NCBI RefSeq assembly: GCF_009914755.1 | Contig: NC_060935.1 | From: the human T2T-CHM13v2.0 reference genome, Homo sapiens | Reading direction: 5' to 3' (one strand) | DNA length: 64,000 nt | In this document: positions 57,020-64,000 of the stretch, in pieces | Layout: each line of letters starts with the position of its first letter | Numbering within the stretch: position 1 is the first letter of the stretch | The notes under the pieces: generated by a model | Seen by the model: only the letters and a program-made list of their open reading frames with translations | Database searches by the model: none | Told to the model about the DNA's origin: nothing | Position numbers and translations under genes: made by a program

Positions 57020-59840
57020 CTAATCAATCTGACTTGTACATATGGGAAAACTTGAAGTTAATAGGCAAGCCTTAACATAAACCCCGAGCAAATATGCATG
57101 GGACAGACCCAAACCAACATTGTACAGGCCTACAAGACTGAACTGAGATTTGAATCACTAGCACAAGATTGAGCCTAACCTCTGAGACACACATGTGTGG
57201 GCACATTCAAACTAGCATAGCAAAGGTTTAGAAAACTAAAATCAGATCTGAATTACCTGTATATATCTCAACATAATTTCCAAATCATGCATATTTATAA
57301 TAGTCATTATCAAGAATAACAATAATTTAGAGAACTGAACTGAAATTTGAACCATCATCCACAGAAAGTAAAATAGAATTTGTTGATTTCTTGCTAATAC
57401 AAAAGTAACAACATCCTGCAGATTGTAATAGATAACAAAGTTTAAGATACAACCCAAAATTACTTGACATACAAAGAACCAGGCAAATGTAGCCCAACTC
57501 AAAGAAAATAAAAGCAAAAGATAGTAACACTAGGATGACACAGATGGAATAGGTCTTTCAAAAACTTTAAGGAAGCTATATTTAATTAGCTCCTTTATAA
57601 ATTGTAAAAAATAAAACATCAAAAACAAAAGCCTCACACATGTGAGGTGAATTAGAAGATAAGAAAAACTCAACAAGAAATAAAAACAATAAAGAACTAA
57701 ATTACAATTTTAGAACTGAAAATGCAACATCCAAAACAAAGAATGCACTGGATAGACTCAAAAGCAAAATGGATATGATAGTGAAAATAACAGGAGAGAT
57801 ATAAAAAATGACCAGCCTCTGGTACGTAGGGGATGATATCAAAGATTGAATACATGTGTATCTGAAGCTCCAAAAAAGGGGTGGGGTGGGAGAGATTGCT
57901 GTAGGAAAAAAATTCAACGTATATGGCTGAATGCTTTCAAGCTTTCATAAAAGTCTTACATTTATAAATTCAGAATGCTTGGTGAATCCTAAAAATAATA
58001 AACTCAAAGACAGCAACACTAGACACAGACAAACTGCTCAATTCAAACATAAAAAAAGGTCTTGAAAGCATTTAGAGAAAATGACATATTACTTATGGGA
58101 AGAAAACAATTAGACTGTTGATTTCTCATCAGAAACTGCCAAAGCCAAAGACTACATCTTTAAAGTACCGAAAGTCAAAAAATTCTTGCAAACCGTAATT
58201 CTATATCCAATGCAAATATCCTTCAGTATTGAAGGTGAGATAAAGAAATTTTGACATGATATAAAACTGAGAGCATGTGTCACTAACAGATATTTACTAT
58301 AGGAACGATAAAAGAAATTCTAAGTAGACTGTGAAAAGTTAGGTGTATATATTGTAACCCCTAAAGAACCACTTAAATCAAATCAAAACACAAAGCCCTA
58401 AAAAGCCAGATAATAAATCAAAATGGAATACTAAAAGTATTCAAAGGAAAATCAGGAAGGGGAGGATATGCAAACAAAAACCAAAGAAGAGAAACAGAAA
58501 ACAAGAGAATGGTAGGTCTAGATCCAACTATACCAATAATTACATAAAACGTTATTGGTTTCGTTACTCCAATTTACAGACAGAAATGAACAAAGTGGAT
58601 AAAAACAAGACTTAACTATATGCTGCTACAAGAGCTAAACTTAATATATAAAGACACAAATAAGTTTAAAGTAAATGAATGGGGAGAATCGATATGAAAG
58701 ACAAATAGTAAGCATAAGAAGGCTATTAGTGGCTATGCTAATATCACAGAAAATAAGCTTTAAGAAAAGTAAGATTACAAAGAATGCATTTTATAATAAC
58801 AATAGAAATAATTCATTAGGAAAAGCTTTGCTATGCAGTACATAAATAAAAAATGTACAGAATTAAAGAAATACAATTTTTTTGTCATAGGAGATTTCAA
58901 CAACTCTCAGTAATTGATAGACCAATGAGACAAAAAGTCAGTAAAGACAAAGAAGATCTCAATAATTATAATGAACTGCTTTAATTATATTTGTAGAGCA
59001 GTCTATCTAATGACTGAAGAATATATATTGGTCTCAAGTACATGAAATACATACACTGAGACTACAATCTGGAGTACAAAACAATGCAGTTAATTTTTTA
59101 AAATCTGAGTAAGACAAAGTGCATTCTCTCATCAGGGGAATTACATTAGAACCAAATAGCAGTAACTATAGAGTTAAACTTCATTTAAATAAAAATTGTA
59201 CACATAAATAATTCATGGGTCAACGCCCAATTACAAGAAAATCTATAGAATATTTTAAACGAATAATTAAAATACAATATATCAAAATTTTTCTGAGTAG
59301 CTAAAGCACAGGTAAGTAGAAAACATAACTTCAAATGCATATATCAGGAAAAAAGAAAGATCTAAAGTTCATAATTTAAGGCCTATCCTAAGAAACTAGA
59401 AAAAGAATAACAAAGTAAGTAGAAGAAAGATTTTATAAAGAAAACCCAGAAATCATTGATATTGAAAAGAACAGATGGTAGAAGAAAGTAAGTAAAAATC
59501 TGTTTTTTAAAAAAATGAAAATTGGCAAACCTATGGCTAGAATATCATGAGTAAAAGAGAATACAAATCAACAGTATCAGTAATGAATGCTTAATGTGTA
59601 GGATTTGTTACAATAGACTCTATACATTAAAAGAACAAAGAATATTATAAACAACTTTGGACTAACAAATTTGATCCTTTACATGAAACAGATTTCTTAA
59701 GACATAACTTATAAAAATTTATACAAAATGAAAGAAAAAGCTGAATAGTCTTATGTAAATTAAATAAACTGAATCTGTTACCAAAATTCTCCCTCTCTTT
59801 CAAAACAAAACAAAATAACTCCTCTAGGCCTTGGGTTTCA
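57020..59840 (+). mobile_element. Ancient L1M (5' region, ORF1 remnant, ORF2 endonuclease region)
   Basis: 'gatttctcatcagaaact', 'aattctatatccaatgcaaatatccttca', 'aactatatgctgctacaagag', 'ataggagatttcaacaactctcagtaattgatag' (GDFN-like). Confidence 0.78.
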
Positions 59841-61339
59841 CTGTGGGGTTGGCATTGACTTCTATGAATATGCTTCCCTTGGGGACATCACTGCATGCTC
59901 CCTGTGTGGAGTGAGTAGGGGTGAGATGGTGGGAAGGTACACAGGAGACTGCAGCAGAACAAGACTCATGCACAGGATGCTTTGGTTTCATGACCAAAGA
60001 CATTCTTCTTTCTTGTTATGACGATCAATTTAACGTCAGCAGCCACAAATCAAGCGGGAGAAAGGAAGAATCAAAGGACAGAAAGACGGGACATGTCCTT
60101 TCACCGACCCTCAATAAATAATGTCAGTGTCCTGGGCCAAACATGTCTATAGACCTTCCTGTAAGGAATATAATATGGGGCAGAATAAAAGAGCTAAGAG
60201 AATACAAACCTTGAAATTCTTAACTACAGGCCAACAATTACCAATTAAATAACTTTCCAAACATCAAGGTATACAATGAAAGTCTACTAGTAGAGTTTTA
60301 TTCTATTAAACCATTCCCTAGTTGTGCCATATTATTTCTACATTTTTTAAAAGGGTAGCCAATTAATTCTCATTTACACCTACCTCTAGTTCTAATCTAA
60401 CTTTGCTCCATTACCTTCCTACCTCATCCCTGATTTGCAGCTTTCAGAAAATTCTTTTACCATACAGGGAAATAAATCATCATCTATTAGCAAGCTCTTC
60501 AGAGAAACAGGTAGAGGATGTTCCAAAGGACAGCCAGCATCCAGTTTCCTCTGCCAGAAGTTTCTTAGTAACTCACAGCTTTGGACATTAAGCATATCCT
60601 TTCATGCTGGCTTGCAGTCTGTCTTTAACCCTTTCCCCCACCTTCCAGGTCTAATGATTTATAGTAAGAATGAAAGCATATTGTTCCTCCTCCTAAAATA
60701 CTGGAAGTTGACATTCTGTCTTTCTTTGAGCAAATTAAGCTTAAGCCTAATTAAGTGATGTCTCAAAATAATCTGTTTGATAATTTATGATTTTATTTTT
60801 AACTTATTCTATTTCGCTCTCATTGGAAGTAACAAAATATGTTCACATGCCTGTATATTCCACAACAAAATCCAGCCAGTAAAAAGACCCAGTAAACACC
60901 AAATTTAAAGATGTCTTTCTTCTGTATTCTAGTAATGCCCAATACATAATAACATTTTGTGTTCATACAGCTTTGAAGTTCCTTATCTCTCTGAGCTGTC
61001 AGATAAACAGTAAAGCTTTCCAAAAGCACCAGCCCATCAGGTCCACACCTGAAAATTTTAAAAAGCTGAGACTTAATTAACAAATTAACTACCGGAAAAT
61101 CAGTACATACATGAGGGAGAAAATTAGTTATTAATTTATTGCATTATAACATGTAATTATTAATTCTTTATTCACATAGTCACATATTAATGCCAACCCC
61201 AATGTGGCCACATTTTTAGTGTTTAGGTCCCATTTTATGCTAATAAAAATGGCCTTTTGTCCATAGCCTGCTTGTTACAAGACACATATTTTTCCCTCCC
61301 CAGGCTTAGTAATAAGTTCCAGATTCTCACAGGACTTAC

Positions 61340-61424
61340 TTCAGTTGAAACAGTACTATGGATTCCTCCCAGCAAACCAAAGGGCCCTGATAAACATGAC
61401 TTTCGCCACCATAGAGCGTTGTTT
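61340..61424 (-). other. Candidate 85-nt spliced exon (host transcript unknown)
   Basis: Minus strand: acceptor ccaacttctgatttcag| and donor GAA|gtaagt, in non-repetitive sequence. Confidence 0.3.
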
Positions 61425-62999
61425 CTGAAATCAGAAGTTGGTACATTGGTACAAAACTTTGCACCACAGGAAGTGCTATAGCAGTAAGGGCACAATACCC
61501 CACTCATCTGACCCAAGTTTCTTGGGGTTTGTACCCAAGTTTGCCCAGGACAATGCTAGTTTATGCCTCTTTTTCTGGTTTCATTATTAATAGTCACCTT
61601 CCCTCATCCTTCTACTTTTAAACTGCTCTTCATCTGGGCTATGAGTTATGTGGTCGCCATATATAGAATTGGCAGCTGAGATCTGTTTGCTCAGCGCTGA
61701 CTGCTCCATTCACAAGTACTCTGTATAAAAAGAGATTAGAGCTTTTGGTGGGTATCTTGTCACACAGACAGAACTGTTCCCTCAGGTCATGCCAATAGTG
61801 TCAGTGTGGCAGCATCAGAGAGACAGTTTCAGCATCAGTCACACCCTCTGTACCTCCCTAAAATAATACAGGTTTTGATGTTGAGCCTAGATATCTCACC
61901 CCTCCTTCCTGTGAATATCTTTGGGTGTTGTCCTTTTCTGCCAGCTGGACATAGTGTTTAATAACTTTAATCTTCAAAGGGAAATAATCATTGTTTTGCC
62001 ATCTTTTCATCCAGAAACTTCCCTGAATAAAATTAATGAGTCAAGTAATAGGTAAGTGTCATAGAACTTGACTTGCAAACAAAATTTAACCTTGGGCTCC
62101 CACAGAGCAAAACAATGATCTTGTTTCTTGCCTTCTTGAACAATATATAGGTATTTTCTTTGACTTTTATAATTGAGGGATCATTATGATGAGCTCAAAC
62201 TAGTTGTATTCTGGTTCAAGGAGGCTTGATCATATTTTAATCAGCAACAAAATTAGCAAGCAGCTTTTAAATGGCTGTTCTGTTAGCCTAATAATAATAA
62301 TAATAAAAGTTATACCTTATGGGGCACTTCACTATAAGTACACATACTCTCTCACACGTGTCCACATACATACACACTCTACATTAAAATCTTGAAAAGT
62401 TAGCACAAAGACTCACTCAACCTATCAGTTTAGTTGTTTTGTCTGTAGAGGTACCAAGTCTTCATAAAATAACCATTACTAAAGTACCAAAACATTGATT
62501 CAACAAAATAATATCAGTTCTTCTGCAGCCTCTTCCCCAGGAACATCATTTTTTTCTAGAAATGAAAAAGGTCGTTCTTCTCTCTTCTTCTCCTTTTAAC
62601 ATACACACATATGTACACTTCATAACCTTAGAGGTTACAATTTGAAAACTAATCTTTCACTCCCTCATTCCCCTATAACTGACAGTGTTGCTTTTTGTAA
62701 TACTTCCCACCTCCACAAATAATCAAAATCATTTTCCTTGTAAAGCAGAGAGCGTGTGTGTGTGTGTGCACGCGCATGCACTCTTATGTTTTGAGAGGTG
62801 GTGATGGGTACACAAAACCCTTTTGGGAACTACTCTCTTGTGTTGGCTCATGGTTTTATTCAGTTTTTTAGTCTTTATGTTGCTACTCAATATATTTTCG
62901 GCACAATATCTATACCTTCTTCGTCTTTTCTTCCCAAGTATATACACCCAAGACTGATTGAAGAATTAGCTTTTGGGGGGATCCAATCCCACAACACTG

Positions 63000-63000
<1 letters not shown>

Positions 63001-63039
<39 letters not shown>

Positions 63040-63045
63040 ACACAC
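63001..63045. repeat. (CA)n microsatellite
   Basis: Direct inspection. Confidence 0.95.
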
Positions 63046-64000
63046 CAGTATACATACAAAGAATGCCTCAGTCTGAGACCCATCAAAGTGTTAGAAGTTC
63101 TTTATATTTAATCTGAGGAATTTTAGCTTAGTGCTACACCTTTCTTTAACTCACTTACTTAGCAGATCCCATTGAATGGAAAATCAAAGTGCATGTCCTT
63201 TTCATTGACCAGTGTGGCAATTTATCAGTATTGTAAAATTCCAACATACACACAAAGACTGATTCAGCTATGACAGCCTGCATTTCATGGTTATGCCAAT
63301 TAGCTTCAAGCCTGGGGGCGGTCCCCCGTTCCCCTCAGGGAGAGAGGCATTCACACAGAATGCTGTCCCTTGGCCTTCCCTTTGAAAAAAAGTATAGACA
63401 GTCTTTTACAGGAGTTACCTACACCTCCTTCAAATGAGTATAATAATTAGACACCTCTTACTGAGCCTGACTTTAGCATTTGTTACCCCAAAGGACATTT
63501 ATTTGATAGCCTTTCTTCCCTGACCCCTTCCCCAACTAACTTGTAGACCCCTTAAAAACAGAAGCTGTGTCTGGTTCACTTCAGTATCTTCAGCATGTGA
63601 CATGGCAGTTAATAAAAATGGATTGAACTGATTTCCACATCATAGAAGTCATACCACTTAAAATAAAAATGAGTCACAAGTTATTTTTTCCCCACCATTT
63701 TCAGAGCCTTTAGACTACTTAAAGGCAGTATTTAGAATGGCATTTCATGCCTAAACGAGTGGGAATGTTGAAAGATAAACTGTTTTCATTGCTGTTTGTT
63801 TGGTCTGAATCATCTGGGAAACATGCTAATTCTACTTTTTCCCCAGCTATTACCCCTGTATGCACACAAGTTGAACCTAACGGCATTAAAAGAAAAGGTA
63901 AGAAAAACAGATAGTATATAGCTGGGGAGGGAGGGTAGTTTCCACTTACTGAATTTTAAAAACTCATATGAGGTTGAAGTTGTTGTATCTCTTTGATCCT

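Overview
AT-rich, CpG-depleted primate nuclear DNA. AluY, L1PA and THE1 elements indicate a catarrhine, most likely human or another ape. I find no intact protein-coding gene, and most of the window is interspersed repeat. Two structures dominate. (1) A nested LINE-1 stack at ~1.1-15.4 kb: an ancient L1M holds an L1PB-type element, which is split by a full-length minus-strand L1PA7-like element (14-bp TSD). That element is in turn split by a younger, 5'-inverted (twin-primed) L1PA4-6-like element (17-18-bp TSD). (2) A ~3 kb old mitochondrial insertion (NUMT, ~25870-28877), colinear over 12S(part)-tRNA-Phe-control region-tRNA-Pro-tRNA-Thr-CYTB-tRNA-Glu-ND6(part). It has lost the promoter/CSB half of the control region and carries an AluY in CYTB. 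Its right junction contains two short segments copied from its own left nuclear flank, one inverted and one direct, which looks like a templated-insertion repair scar. The rest is MaLR/ERVL/ERV1 LTRs, MIR/L2/MER remnants, Alus, microsatellites, a 23-bp-arm palindrome replacing an Alu tail, an ORF0-like antisense ORF in the L1 5'UTR and one candidate minus-strand exon. I see no evidence for a new multi-gene biological system; the best leads are mechanistic fossils. Subfamily names come from remembered consensus motifs and need RepeatMasker/Dfam confirmation.
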